From a virus, in the IMG/VR virus record IMGVR_UViG_3300021379_000425, positions 1-64,000 of that record: a DNA stretch of 64,000 bases; one strand, 5' to 3'. This document shows, in pieces, positions 21,956-31,909 of the stretch (positions within the stretch are counted from its first letter, which is position 1; each line of letters opens with the position of its first letter). Made by a program: the position numbers and the translations under genes. The notes under the pieces were generated by a model. That model was not told the origin of the DNA. It made no database searches and saw only the letters and a program-made list of their open reading frames with translations.

Positions 21956-22705
21956 TCACTCAGCCTCGTTAGTAATCAATAGCAGTGTGTTGTTCTGTTC
22001 AAAGATGACTAGAGAGTTGTCAGCAAAGTGTAGCCTAGCGGAACCTTCATCCAAATATTGTAGGCATGTAGGGAACCAGTCTCCAAAGTTAGTCTGTACA
22101 GTAGCGTTAGGTCCATCTGTATCAGTAACAGGAAGGACAGTGAATAGTCTACCAGTGACCGCTTTACCAGCCACAATGCCTAACTCTTCTTCGCCGCAAT
22201 GTACACGCAGTTTGAACTGCGAATCCTTCTTGACTAAGTTCTTCATACCCGACAGGGAAATCAAATCCTTTGTCTGTACTGTAACATGGGTATCAATTAT
22301 TTCACCAGCAAAAGACTTCCAGCCGCTATCAGCAGACTTGGCTACAAGTTTTCCTTGTACTACCGTCTTTGATGCGGAGATAATGTCGTCAGTGCTAGGT
22401 AACTGTATCTTGTTACCACCTGCTACAATGTACAGGAACTTACCTGTGCTTTCTTGTCGCAGTACTACTTTGTCGCTCTTGGCTGACTTCAAGAATGCTA
22501 CTGCCTTCTCAAGTTCCATGATGTGAATGAATCCTTCATCCACTACATTGACACCCAGCAGTTGCTTGCGTAGATAGTGTGTACTGTATCCAATCTCAAC
22601 AACCACTCTATTACCAGCGCAGTTCACTCGCAGGTCAGTCACTTGCTTCCCAAACGAGGAAAGGAAGGTGAGCAATTCTTTTCTGTCAACTTCTATTCTA
22701 GTCAT
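21956..22705 (-). CDS. Probable sliding clamp (PCNA-like)
   Basis: 249 aa, two-domain alpha/beta pattern, directly upstream of polB and near RFC; GAGGTGA RBS. Confidence 0.6.
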   Translation of the reverse strand: MTRIEVDRKELLTFLSSFGKQVTDLRVNCAGNRVVVEIGYSTHYLRKQLLGVNVVDEGFIHIMELEKAVAFLKSAKSDKVVLRQESTGKFLYIVAGGNKIQLPSTDDIISASKTVVQGKLVAKSADSGWKSFAGEIIDTHVTVQTKDLISLSGMKNLVKKDSQFKLRVHCGEEELGIVAGKAVTGRLFTVLPVTDTDGPNATVQTNFGDWFPTCLQYLDEGSARLHFADNSLVIFEQNNTLLLITNEAE

Positions 22706-22841
22706 AGTATCACCTCATGAAAGGGGGGAACAGATAGCGGAAAAGCACAGGGAGAAAACCAAAGCCCCAAAAACCGCTACGAAGGAGGTGTTCAGCCCGT
22801 CTGTTCATTACCCTTCAAAACCCCTCTCAAATTAATGAGTA

Positions 22842-23813
22842 TCACAAACTCCCGTCACTCAACTCCGGTAGACCGAACCATTGCGGCTCGCTATCGGGTC
22901 TTGTAACAAACAGTGTTCTTTCTTGGTCTTGCAGTGTAGGATTAGTCTTACACTTGTGAAATTTAGCCTTGTAGACTGTCTTTACCAATTCACCCTCATC
23001 ATCATACTCATCCTCAGTGGATGTGTAGATAATGGTAGGAAGGTAGTTGTTAGTCTTCTTTTCCCATTCGGGTTGCCATACTTGTTCATCATCGTTAGTC
23101 TTACCAAAGGAGAAGGATGTTGCTCTCATGTGTGTCTCCCAAAAGACTCTCACGCCTGCTCTCACTAGGTTACGAGATAGCGCAGTCAGTTGGTGGAATC
23201 TAGTGTTACGAATAGCCCAGTCGGATTGTCTTTCGACTCTCTTCGCTTCCCCAGCCCCACGATTGTCAGCCGCTTCGATACCATCCTTTGCTAGTCCTAA
23301 GTCAATGATACGCATGTTGTTGGTACATACTTCTAACCATGAGTCAAGACCACTGACTAGTACACCCCAAATGTTTGCTTCACCGCTTTCGGCTCTTGTA
23401 AGAATGAATTTCATGATGTCCATCACACGCTGATGTGTACCCGGATAGTCGTAAGCAGTTCTATCTGCAACACCCATTTGCCATGGCCTCCATGACTTGA
23501 TGTTTTCATTAGGGTTGACTGCTGAGTTCAGCATACTAACACCCATGTCAAAGTCGATAGCGTGTAGTTCCGCATCGGGGTTGTCTTTGACATACTCATC
23601 GAATGCGCCTTTGACTATACCCGATTTACATGTTCCGTCAAATCCAGCAATACCTACAAACATGTGAGTCAAGTTGACTGGCTTCATTGCTTGTAGTTCT
23701 GCTTCTAAGTGAGCAAAAGGACTACCACCAAGCGTAGGTGCTTGTTGTGTAGGTGCTTTCACTACTTCTTTCTTCTCTTCTTGTTTCTTTACTGTCTGTC
23801 CAAATCCTGCCAT
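22842..23813 (-). CDS. P-loop ATPase, RecA/Sak4-like recombination protein
   Basis: Walker A GFDGTCKS, AIDFD, VFWETH. Confidence 0.65.
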   Translation of the reverse strand: MAGFGQTVKKQEEKKEVVKAPTQQAPTLGGSPFAHLEAELQAMKPVNLTHMFVGIAGFDGTCKSGIVKGAFDEYVKDNPDAELHAIDFDMGVSMLNSAVNPNENIKSWRPWQMGVADRTAYDYPGTHQRVMDIMKFILTRAESGEANIWGVLVSGLDSWLEVCTNNMRIIDLGLAKDGIEAADNRGAGEAKRVERQSDWAIRNTRFHQLTALSRNLVRAGVRVFWETHMRATSFSFGKTNDDEQVWQPEWEKKTNNYLPTIIYTSTEDEYDDEGELVKTVYKAKFHKCKTNPTLQDQERTLFVTRPDSEPQWFGLPELSDGSL

Positions 23814-23822
23814 TTAATCACC

Positions 23823-25166
23823 TCACTCGAATTGCTTTACCCCTGTGTCTCCACCAGTTGCTCTTTGTCTGCATCTTCTCCAATCCCCAAAGATACCGTG
23901 TGCAGTAATCTTGGGTGTGCTTAGTCCGTCAACGGTTCTCATACCAATTCTACCGAATACATACACTGTACTCTTCTCACCGTATGGGAATTCCTTTCCT
24001 CCACCAGTTGTGAATGGGTCAGTCATCATACCGACTGCACCGCTTATCCAGCAAGAGATGTCACCAGCAATAGGACTAGTCAATGTCATGACATAGTTGT
24101 GTCCTTCTTGGTCGTAATCGGAATCTCTTGGTGATGTGTTCATGTTGACAATAGTTGCCTTAGTAATCACGAGTGGTCCACCCACACGCTTTTCACCGTT
24201 GATTGTGAATGTCTGCTTTCTTTGCTCGTATGCTTCCTCTAAGGAATCAATGCTTACGAACATGTCATGGAACTCCGGTGAAGTCCAGTACTTGGCAGGA
24301 TGCAATAGTGAGCGCATGTCTTCACTAACGAATGTGTTTGTGTACTCTATCTCAAAGTTAGAGTAAATACCTAGTACATCCTTGAATGCTTCAAGTCCAC
24401 CTTCTTTCGGTGGAGTTACAGGAATCTTACATGCCTCACCAATCTTGAGGTCCTTGTATACATGGTCGCCAGTTAGGTCAACTCTCCATAGTTGGATGTC
24501 ACCGTCATTCACGAACTTGCTCTCTTCATTACCCAAGAAGTATGCATATCTACCAAATTTTTCATAGTGTGTTGGCTGTCCGTTGTATGAAGTCAAACAC
24601 AGTTTCTCTTTGCCAGTGTAAGGTATCACATATGGTGGTTGTTCTGTTACAGGGTATTCTGTTGTGATTGTGTTGTCCTTAGTTTCAACCTCCCAAAACT
24701 CCTTGCCCTTTGAGTATACACCGACTCTACCCGATGATACTGCGTGGTTCGGGTCTTCTTTGAATAGTTTCAAGTTAGCCCTTACGATGTTCTTCTGTCT
24801 GTCAGCCTTCTTGTCAGCGACACCTAAGAAGCACCCTACCCATGTAGATAGGTTACTGTTGCCACTGCCTGTCTGTCTTCTTGTTTCTACAACGAATCCT
24901 TCACACCAATCAAGCACTAAGTCTTCATCGGGTTCAGTCGTAACATCTTCACCAAAGTTTTTCTTAACATCTTCTGCAAATGCCTTTATCGCATCGGGCA
25001 GTTTCATGTTGGTGCGTTCAGCATACTTAGTCAGCAAATCTATTACTGACTGTGGTAAACCACCTGTGTCGTTTGTTTTTGCTACACTACCAAACCCATT
25101 ACCTTTAGATTCTTCTGCCGGCTCTAAGTGGTCGTATTCATCTTCTATATCCCATTGTTCTGTCAT
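23823..25166 (-). CDS. Putative ssDNA-binding protein (OB-fold/RPA-like)
   Basis: Start MTEQW overlaps the RFC stop (ATGA); C-terminal OB-like strands; located in the replication module. Confidence 0.45.
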   Translation of the reverse strand: MTEQWDIEDEYDHLEPAEESKGNGFGSVAKTNDTGGLPQSVIDLLTKYAERTNMKLPDAIKAFAEDVKKNFGEDVTTEPDEDLVLDWCEGFVVETRRQTGSGNSNLSTWVGCFLGVADKKADRQKNIVRANLKLFKEDPNHAVSSGRVGVYSKGKEFWEVETKDNTITTEYPVTEQPPYVIPYTGKEKLCLTSYNGQPTHYEKFGRYAYFLGNEESKFVNDGDIQLWRVDLTGDHVYKDLKIGEACKIPVTPPKEGGLEAFKDVLGIYSNFEIEYTNTFVSEDMRSLLHPAKYWTSPEFHDMFVSIDSLEEAYEQRKQTFTINGEKRVGGPLVITKATIVNMNTSPRDSDYDQEGHNYVMTLTSPIAGDISCWISGAVGMMTDPFTTGGGKEFPYGEKSTVYVFGRIGMRTVDGLSTPKITAHGIFGDWRRCRQRATGGDTGVKQFE

Positions 25167-26113
25167 TCTATCTTCTCCATTTCTTTCTTTAGTTTCGCTA
25201 CCAATACTTCCACGAATGCCTCGGCTGAACCGCCCCATTCATAGATTCTTCCCATCATGTCTCCCCATACCACCATGATAGCAAAGGTCGTATCGGGAGA
25301 GTTGTCGAAATGCTTTCTAATCGAGCGTTGGAATCTGTTCATGAATTCCTGTATACCACTGCAATCGTGAAGCATTGTGAGTAATGTCTTTCTCAATTCA
25401 TTGTACTTGTGTTCAACCGTGAAATCCCACCAGTCATCATCATCATTTACTTTAGCCGTAAATTGTTTTATGGCATCGGCATTCTTTGGGATGCGCTCTA
25501 GGGAGTTGACCGCCGCCCTCAAATCACCATCATGCCACTCTACAACATCGCCGTAGAACGGTTGCCAGTCAATAGGCGCACCGCATGATTCTGTTAGTCT
25601 GTGAAGGTGTTTTGCACCCTCGGTAGGACTTACACGATTGAATGTATATGTTGTACACCTGCTCTTGATAGCAGGTCTAATCTTGTCACCGTAATTAGCG
25701 GTAAGAATGAAGAGTACCTTGTCAGCATACTCTTCCATGATGCCTCTCAGTGCATCTTGAGCAGACGGAGTTAGACCGTCAGCCTCATCAAAGAAAATTA
25801 CTTTGCGCTTCGCACCGTAACCTTTGATACGAGCGAAACGCTTTACTTCATCACGAATGAATCCAATGCCTCTATCGTCACTTGCATTGCCCTTCATCAT
25901 GTTCAATTCATTATATGCTTCGCCAAGCATGGTTTTTCCAACTGCAAGTGCCGCACTTGTTTTACCTGTACCCGGTCCTCCTAAGAACAGGAGAGCAGAC
26001 GGGTATACACCAGTTTTTTCCCACTCCCCAGCATCCTCTACGAATTGTTGATTACCAACAATCTGTGTAGGGTGGCTGGGTCGTACCATCTCATTCCAAG
26101 TCATAATATTCAT
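25163..26113 (-). CDS. rfcS: Replication factor C small subunit (clamp loader)
   Basis: GGPGTGKT, NASDDRG, FFDEAD, SRC motifs. Confidence 0.93.
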   Translation of the reverse strand: MNIMTWNEMVRPSHPTQIVGNQQFVEDAGEWEKTGVYPSALLFLGGPGTGKTSAALAVGKTMLGEAYNELNMMKGNASDDRGIGFIRDEVKRFARIKGYGAKRKVIFFDEADGLTPSAQDALRGIMEEYADKVLFILTANYGDKIRPAIKSRCTTYTFNRVSPTEGAKHLHRLTESCGAPIDWQPFYGDVVEWHDGDLRAAVNSLERIPKNADAIKQFTAKVNDDDDWWDFTVEHKYNELRKTLLTMLHDCSGIQEFMNRFQRSIRKHFDNSPDTTFAIMVVWGDMMGRIYEWGGSAEAFVEVLVAKLKKEMEKIE

Positions 26114-26122
26114 CTCCCTTCT

Positions 26123-26142
26123 CTTTATCAGTTTAAATAGTC
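26123..26142 (-). promoter_or_regulatory. Viral promoter motif copy 2
   Basis: Exact 20-mer; ATG of rfcS at 26113. Confidence 0.8.
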
Positions 26143-26553
26143 CGACTCCAATTTTTCCTTGTTAGCATCAAAGTCGTCTACCCATTGTCTAAACTTGGGC
26201 CAGTTACGAACCTGTGACTTTGGTATTCTTGGGTAGGGGTTGTCTAGTATCCACTTCATCTGCCAGTAGTTCACACGGTCTTTCGCTTTCATTAGAAACT
26301 CAAACGGCTCAAGTATGTCCATCCACTTGCGTACTAACTCTTCACGCTGAATCGTTTTGAATCCGTACACTGTCAAGTCATGTGTGTTAGCCCATACCTC
26401 AATGCACTTCTTTTGGTCGTCAGTGACATTCTCCTTTAGGCTGATACATCTGCGTACCTTGAAGCCATATCCTGTATCAATGCGCTCGAATGATATGTAG
26501 AACGACAATGACTTGAGAGCCAGCCCCAGCCCGATGTATTCAGTAGGGTTCAC
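26128..26553 (-). CDS. Degenerate LAGLIDADG-like protein
   Basis: YIGLGLALKSLSFYISF...GYGFKV resembles a LAGLIDADG fold lacking the catalytic acidic residue. Confidence 0.4.
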   Translation of the reverse strand: MNPTEYIGLGLALKSLSFYISFERIDTGYGFKVRRCISLKENVTDDQKKCIEVWANTHDLTVYGFKTIQREELVRKWMDILEPFEFLMKAKDRVNYWQMKWILDNPYPRIPKSQVRNWPKFRQWVDDFDANKEKLESDYLN

Positions 26554-26891
26554 TCTTCCTCATCTCCTATGTAATAACAATAACGAGCATACTTGGAAAA
26601 TAATTTACCGTTAATCTTCACCCATTCTTCACCGTTCTTAATTTTCCACTTTGATTCTTCGAGTACTGATTTGATTATGTACGGCTTTTGCTTCAAGTCT
26701 TTACTGTACCTGCTACTACCTGCGGCGTTACCTCTTGCTTTCTTTCTTTTAGCATGAATCGCTTTGGTGTAATTCAAAGCAAATTGAGGATACAAGTCGT
26801 CTACCCTATGCTTCTCGGATTTATCTAACGAATTGAATATGTCTAGTTGTATCTGTTTCATCAATTGGAAGTCTATCTTTGGGCGTGTCAT
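26550..26891 (-). CDS. Hypothetical basic protein
   Basis: 113-aa ORF with ATGA overlaps. Confidence 0.6.
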   Translation of the reverse strand: MTRPKIDFQLMKQIQLDIFNSLDKSEKHRVDDLYPQFALNYTKAIHAKRKKARGNAAGSSRYSKDLKQKPYIIKSVLEESKWKIKNGEEWVKINGKLFSKYARYCYYIGDEEE

Positions 26892-28081
26892 GCTACCACC
26901 GTATAGTAATCGTTGATGTCGTCAATGTCATCTATGCCCATGTCATCTTCTACACTGTCTAACTTGAGATGCCAGTCATGGGTAGGACTCCAAGTGTAAT
27001 TTACTTTCACGACTAAACAATCTTCGACCTCGTGGTTCACGAACTTGACTCTAGGAGAAACACCCCTCCGCTTCAATGCCGACTCCAACTCGAAAGTTAG
27101 GTTGTCAAGCACTATCATATCCTCGGCGACTGCTTCATCCCCATCCATGAAGGCTAAAGACAACTCAAATTTATCATCAGCATTTTTCCGTATCATGGAA
27201 AGTTGAGCGTACAAAACGGAACTTCCATTGGAAAGCAAGGTATAATTTCCTTCATGATAAATCAAAAATCCACCTCTTGCGTATGAGTCTAAAATCACCT
27301 GCGACTCATGCCATTCATGAAACATCGGTTCTTGATAGGTTGAGAAAGGCAGTACTGTGTCCTTACTGTGCCTGCGCCCAGTGCCAGTTGGATTACTCCA
27401 ACACCAACAATTTACCTCTTCTTCAACTAACGGAGTTAATTCACCGTTAATTTTTCCACTCCTTTCTTTAACTACCCTATCACCTATATACAATAAAGTT
27501 CCACAGTCGGGGATGAACCACCAACTGTCGGGAACATCACCAGTCCACTTCGACAGTTTTGTAAACGATGAACTTACCTTGTCTACGCTTAGGCCATCGA
27601 AGATGACCGCCATCTGTGTGTCCACGCCATGAGTACTATCGACACCACTAGCCTTTGAGAACCACGCTCTCATTCTATTTCGTATCGCTTTCCAGTAGTA
27701 ATCTAATGCCCATCTCCATATTAGTTCAGCCTCTTCTTCGCTGAGTGTGCGGCAGAAGTCTAGTATCCATACATCATCGTTACGAGCATTGCGTATTACT
27801 TCAACGACTTGCTTTAGTGTCAACTCATGTTCAGTTGTTTCGGGTGACTCTAGCATTAGTATTCTAGCAAGAGCCAGCCCCTCAGTGACCTCTTCTAATC
27901 TCTCCATGAATACCCCGCACTCTTTGGCGAGGTTCACCTTGAGCATGTGCTGAGTGATATTCAGTTTGTTACTGGTAGTCATGAAAGACCACAGTTCAGT
28001 AGCCTCTCTCTTGGTGATGTCACTAGGGTTCAACTTGTGTGGCATTCTTGCTACTAACTCAGTTGCCCTCGATAACTTCAT
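26888..28081 (-). CDS. Possible inactive derivative of ATP-dependent DNA ligase
   Basis: LTLKQV...EEAELIWRW resembles the ligase DNA-binding domain; C-terminal OB-like CLVVKVNY; no KxDG. Confidence 0.4.
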   Translation of the reverse strand: MKLSRATELVARMPHKLNPSDITKREATELWSFMTTSNKLNITQHMLKVNLAKECGVFMERLEEVTEGLALARILMLESPETTEHELTLKQVVEVIRNARNDDVWILDFCRTLSEEEAELIWRWALDYYWKAIRNRMRAWFSKASGVDSTHGVDTQMAVIFDGLSVDKVSSSFTKLSKWTGDVPDSWWFIPDCGTLLYIGDRVVKERSGKINGELTPLVEEEVNCWCWSNPTGTGRRHSKDTVLPFSTYQEPMFHEWHESQVILDSYARGGFLIYHEGNYTLLSNGSSVLYAQLSMIRKNADDKFELSLAFMDGDEAVAEDMIVLDNLTFELESALKRRGVSPRVKFVNHEVEDCLVVKVNYTWSPTHDWHLKLDSVEDDMGIDDIDDINDYYTVVA

Positions 28082-28809
28082 TCCTCTTCGCCACCGTGAT
28101 GTACAATCTTAACGGTTGTACCCCACATCCACGGAGGAACTTTTTCACCTTTGTAGGTCTTACCAAGCAGTGTAATGAATGGTGGTACTGATTCATCAAA
28201 ACAACCAGCATCAGCCAAATCAACAATGTTGTTTCTCGTAAGAGCCGCCAAAGTTTCTTCACCGTTATTCCATTTCATGAATGCCTCATCGCCAGCCAAC
28301 AACAAGAAGTCATCGGGGTCAACTGAAAGGTCATAGCCACATGAGTTACAGGGCATTATGTATCTCCACAACTCTAAAGGAGCAGTAGTACCGTCATTCA
28401 ATTCAGCATCAATCGTTTCTACGAATTCCAAGATGTGATTGTCGAAGTCATTGTTAGCAAGAGGGTATCCACATTCGGGGCATTTCCAGCCCTGTGCTAC
28501 CTTCTGCTTGTGTTCGTGTTCCATCTGCATTTGCATCTGTGGATTCAATGGTGGGGTTTGTACCTCAACATCATCGGGTTCAATTACATTGTACCCGCAC
28601 TCTTTCAATAGTAGACACAACTTCTCGTAATGCTCTCTAGCAGTTGGATGGTTGTACATGAATACGAGTTGGAAGGTATCTTCCGCCGTCTTCATGAACT
28701 GTACACCACTATCTTGTGGTGTCCACATTGCGTCTACACTGAGAGCCTTGAAATGCTCGTTGCCCCATTTAATCAAATCTTCATTCGGTTTCCAATCCAT
28801 TGTCCTCAC
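28078..28809 (-). CDS. Zinc-ribbon-containing hypothetical protein
   Basis: CPECG...CNSCG. Confidence 0.6.
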   Translation of the reverse strand: MRTMDWKPNEDLIKWGNEHFKALSVDAMWTPQDSGVQFMKTAEDTFQLVFMYNHPTAREHYEKLCLLLKECGYNVIEPDDVEVQTPPLNPQMQMQMEHEHKQKVAQGWKCPECGYPLANNDFDNHILEFVETIDAELNDGTTAPLELWRYIMPCNSCGYDLSVDPDDFLLLAGDEAFMKWNNGEETLAALTRNNIVDLADAGCFDESVPPFITLLGKTYKGEKVPPWMWGTTVKIVHHGGEEE

Positions 28810-29056
28810 CTGTGTCCTTACCTGTTACCTCGCAGACAGCGAACTCCCCACAACACTTTGCTATGTAAAGGTACTCGCCAGTATCCAGTAGAAATCCTCT
28901 ATTCCCTTCGCATGGTGGAGAAGCGCAAACAGGACAGTCGAAGTTGAGCATTGACTTCTCAATCTCCATTACTATCCTTACCTCGTTGCCATCCAGTAGA
29001 AGTACATCATTGATGAACTGCTCATCAACATCCTCTATGGTAATTGTTTCATTCAT
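28781..29056 (-). CDS. Cys-rich hypothetical protein
   Basis: CPVC, CC motifs; coupled to neighbours. Confidence 0.55.
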   Translation of the reverse strand: MNETITIEDVDEQFINDVLLLDGNEVRIVMEIEKSMLNFDCPVCASPPCEGNRGFLLDTGEYLYIAKCCGEFAVCEVTGKDTGEDNGLETE

Positions 29057-29382
29057 ACATCTTCCTCTTTGTCTAATCCAATTTCAATTCGTATTTCTTG
29101 CCACAAGTCATAGTGGTGTTCCATCATGTAGTTGTCTATGTCTAAGAACCAACCATACACCTTGTTGTATTCTCTCCTTACACGAGTAAAATCATTCCAA
29201 AGTTTAGGTGCGTCTGCTATCAGTTGTGCATCAGCCTCACTCATTAGTTGCCCTTTGTTGTTTTCGTCTACACGAAGAATCCAATCATCATCACCAGTAA
29301 TGACCGCCCACCCAGTAGGAAGTTCCTTTGATGCTAACCACGGTCCGGGCGTATGTCCTTCGTATTTGTCTATGTCAATCAT
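29053..29382 (-). CDS. HTPGPW/LIAxAP family phage protein, paralog 1
   Basis: MIDIDKYEGHTPGPW...ADAQLIADAPKL. Confidence 0.7.
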   Translation of the reverse strand: MIDIDKYEGHTPGPWLASKELPTGWAVITGDDDWILRVDENNKGQLMSEADAQLIADAPKLWNDFTRVRREYNKVYGWFLDIDNYMMEHHYDLWQEIRIEIGLDKEEDV

Positions 29383-29627
29383 TCTTCTTCACCCCATATT
29401 TTCAATTGTTCTTTAGTGTAGCCACCTGTTCTTTTCTTTTCTTCAAAGCACTTAACGCAAATCTCGTCTTGAAAAGTGATGTGCTTTTGTGCATTCAATG
29501 AATTGAAATGTGTCATAGGGAAGAAGCCCAAACAATAATCGCACCTACCCATAGGTATGCCTTTTGTTTCCCAAACCTTCAACGCTTCGTCATGTGTGAG
29601 TCCTTCGTATTTGCTCGTATCAATCAT
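29379..29627 (-). CDS. Zinc-finger protein with MIDTSKYEG N-terminus
   Basis: CDYC...CVKC; shares its N-terminus with the paralogs. Confidence 0.6.
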   Translation of the reverse strand: MIDTSKYEGLTHDEALKVWETKGIPMGRCDYCLGFFPMTHFNSLNAQKHITFQDEICVKCFEEKKRTGGYTKEQLKIWGEEE

Positions 29628-29881
29628 TCAATCAACTCCACTAACTCTTCATCTCCATACTCCTGCACAAGTTTCTTCCCTTCGTGTTCTAAACCGAGCC
29701 AACAAATAAACTCAAGATAACGATTGTTCTCTTTCTGTAACCGTTTGACTTCTGCTAGGAGAAGTGGAGCGTCTTCTACCAATGCTTGAGACGCTGGTGA
29801 GAGTTTCTTCCATTCTTCATTTGAAATGCTATGGACTAAAGAGCCATGTGGTCGTCCATCGTACTTACTCGTATCAATCAT
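29624..29881 (-). CDS. MIDTSKY family paralog
   Basis: MIDTSKYDG...ALVEDAPLLLAEVKRL. Confidence 0.6.
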   Translation of the reverse strand: MIDTSKYDGRPHGSLVHSISNEEWKKLSPASQALVEDAPLLLAEVKRLQKENNRYLEFICWLGLEHEGKKLVQEYGDEELVELIE

Positions 29882-30885
29882 TGAGCCATCTCCATAAGTT
29901 TGTTCCATGCCTTCTGCTTCTTGCGTGAGTATGGTCCGAATAGTGCAGACTCCATTCTCTTCTTGCTTTCAGTACCATCTTTCAGTTTGGTGAAGTGGTG
30001 GTCGATGACACCAGTAATGGTGTTGTAAGCAGACCACGCAGTACCACTCATACCGAATACATGGTTGGAGTCATCCTTTGAGTACTCTCTAATCTCATTG
30101 AGTATGTTCATTGAACGGGTAGTCAAGTCACCCTCTTTGTTGAATTGTAAGTCCATGACATCAATGTAGTATTCATCCATCTCATCAGCAGTCATCTTGA
30201 TGTTGACGAGTTCTTGTGCCTGCTCACCCCATGCGATGAAGTCCTTGTTGACAAAGCCTAGAACCTTCTTGGCTTCCTCAACCTTACTGTGCATCTTGCT
30301 GGTGTGTCTAATGTTGTATCCACCTTGCCTGCCTTGTAGAGCCATTGTCAAAGTGTTGGCACATACCACACGGATAGGTGTCAAGAATACCTTGACTGAA
30401 CCTTTACCATCGTGGTTGTTGACAATCAGTATGTACTGGTCTACTACATCTGCGCCATTGATAACAATACTGTGTGGTAGTTTGGCTAGAATCCAAACTC
30501 TCTCACCGTTACCCAATGCACCTGCTACCTCAATCTTGGCTTCGTGGTTATCAGTCAACTCATCCAAGAATGCGAATGCATCTACATTCTGCATTGCTTT
30601 CCATACCTTACCGACTGCGTTGCTACGAGTCAGTGCAATATAGTCATCATCTTCTTTTCTAAACACACCAAAGGTATTAGGTACAACTTCGATTGTACCG
30701 TCATCCAGTTGGTTGAACAGTGGTCGCTTGACAACTTCCCAGTCAAGGTTGGCTAGTGCCAACGCTTCTGCTGATGTCATCAGTCCTTCTGCTTGCGTTC
30801 CCAGCCTGTGCCACGGTGTATTACCTGCCCATGCCGTCATATATCTTCCGTTCTTTACTTGTGCTATTCCATGCATTTTTTTCAT
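29878..30885 (-). CDS. DUF932-family phage/plasmid protein
   Basis: PWHRLG, LDWEV, HDGKGS, TPIRVVCANTL, IRHT, GTAWSAYN motifs. Confidence 0.9.
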   Translation of the reverse strand: MKKMHGIAQVKNGRYMTAWAGNTPWHRLGTQAEGLMTSAEALALANLDWEVVKRPLFNQLDDGTIEVVPNTFGVFRKEDDDYIALTRSNAVGKVWKAMQNVDAFAFLDELTDNHEAKIEVAGALGNGERVWILAKLPHSIVINGADVVDQYILIVNNHDGKGSVKVFLTPIRVVCANTLTMALQGRQGGYNIRHTSKMHSKVEEAKKVLGFVNKDFIAWGEQAQELVNIKMTADEMDEYYIDVMDLQFNKEGDLTTRSMNILNEIREYSKDDSNHVFGMSGTAWSAYNTITGVIDHHFTKLKDGTESKKRMESALFGPYSRKKQKAWNKLMEMAQ

Positions 30886-30908
30886 CTCCTTGTTTTCATC
30901 TCTCTTTT

Positions 30909-30928
30909 CTTTATCAGTTTAAATAGTC
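30909..30928 (-). promoter_or_regulatory. Viral promoter motif copy 3
   Basis: Exact 20-mer. Confidence 0.8.
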
Positions 30929-31372
30929 ATTATTTAATTCTTGGAGGATTTCGTTGTAGAACTCCTGCCTCTCGTCTAGTATCGTAAACCACTCTTCTTT
31001 CATCGCAGGTCGCATGTAATGTGTCATAAGTAGACATGTTTCTTCATGGCTCCATGAGGGAAACATTGTTTTGAGTACAACATAGGCAACTCCGCCTGTC
31101 CTATCCCTACCGTGTACGCAATGTAGTAGTACATCCTTACCACCTCTCATTAGGTCTACAACCAATCGAACTGCATGACTCCATATCGCAGGGTCAGTAT
31201 TATGCGCTCGGAAGTAATAGTGGTGTCGCTCATTGCTATCTGTCGAAGTCCACTTAGGTTTGTATCTACACAAGGTAACAACAGTATGTTCCTTCTTGAG
31301 TGTATCACGGAAATCATCCACACCGCATAAGGTTAATGAACCCCTTCCTGCTAATTCCACTCTTCTATTCAT
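30914..31372 (-). CDS. Dual-specificity/tyrosine phosphatase (CX5R)
   Basis: VLLHCVHGRDRTG. Confidence 0.85.
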   Translation of the reverse strand: MNRRVELAGRGSLTLCGVDDFRDTLKKEHTVVTLCRYKPKWTSTDSNERHHYYFRAHNTDPAIWSHAVRLVVDLMRGGKDVLLHCVHGRDRTGGVAYVVLKTMFPSWSHEETCLLMTHYMRPAMKEEWFTILDERQEFYNEILQELNNDYLN

Positions 31373-31808
31373 AGAATCTCTCCGAAAATTCAATCTTACA
31401 ATCCCTGCATGTCCTGTGGTCGTCAGCATCGTAGTCTTCTCCTACGCATGACGGGCAACAGCCGCACTGCCTACCATCTTCAAAGAGGTAGAAGCCATCG
31501 CATTTGTCACAGAACTCTACAAGTTCACATTCCTTGATGAAAGTAACCAAGTCGTTTAGGTATGCCCTTGTAGCAACTAATTGTCCTGCTAGGCTCTTAC
31601 ACTTCGCTAGAAGTTTTGGTGCGTCTGCTATCAGTTGTGCATCTGCCTCAGCGTATTTGTTTTCAACTTCAACTTCCGCTAACACTTCGTTAGTGTGTGT
31701 AGTCAAAGGGGATTCAATTACTATTGCGCTTATTTCCTCACCGACTTTGTGAACATCAACAGTCCACGGTGCAGGTGTGTGTCCTTCGTATTTCTTTGCA
31801 TTAATCAC
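31365..31808 (-). CDS. HTPGPW/LIAxAP family paralog with C-terminal Zn finger
   Basis: MINAKKYEGHTPAPW...ADAQLIADAPKL; Cys-rich tail. Confidence 0.7.
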   Translation of the reverse strand: MINAKKYEGHTPAPWTVDVHKVGEEISAIVIESPLTTHTNEVLAEVEVENKYAEADAQLIADAPKLLAKCKSLAGQLVATRAYLNDLVTFIKECELVEFCDKCDGFYLFEDGRQCGCCPSCVGEDYDADDHRTCRDCKIEFSERFYE

Positions 31809-31909
31809 TCTTGTTCAACTCCTTCAATTCTTTCTGTATCTCGTGCAGTGACATAGCAAACCAGCCCACCCATGCACCAAAATATGCTAACAGAAATATT
31901 ACTGTGTAA

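Noticed and set aside
11609-26113. Cellular archaeal chromosome origin for the replication and chaperonin genes
   Set aside because: The genes are divergent, densely coupled, adjacent to tail genes and share the viral promoter motif; no ribosomal or housekeeping context.
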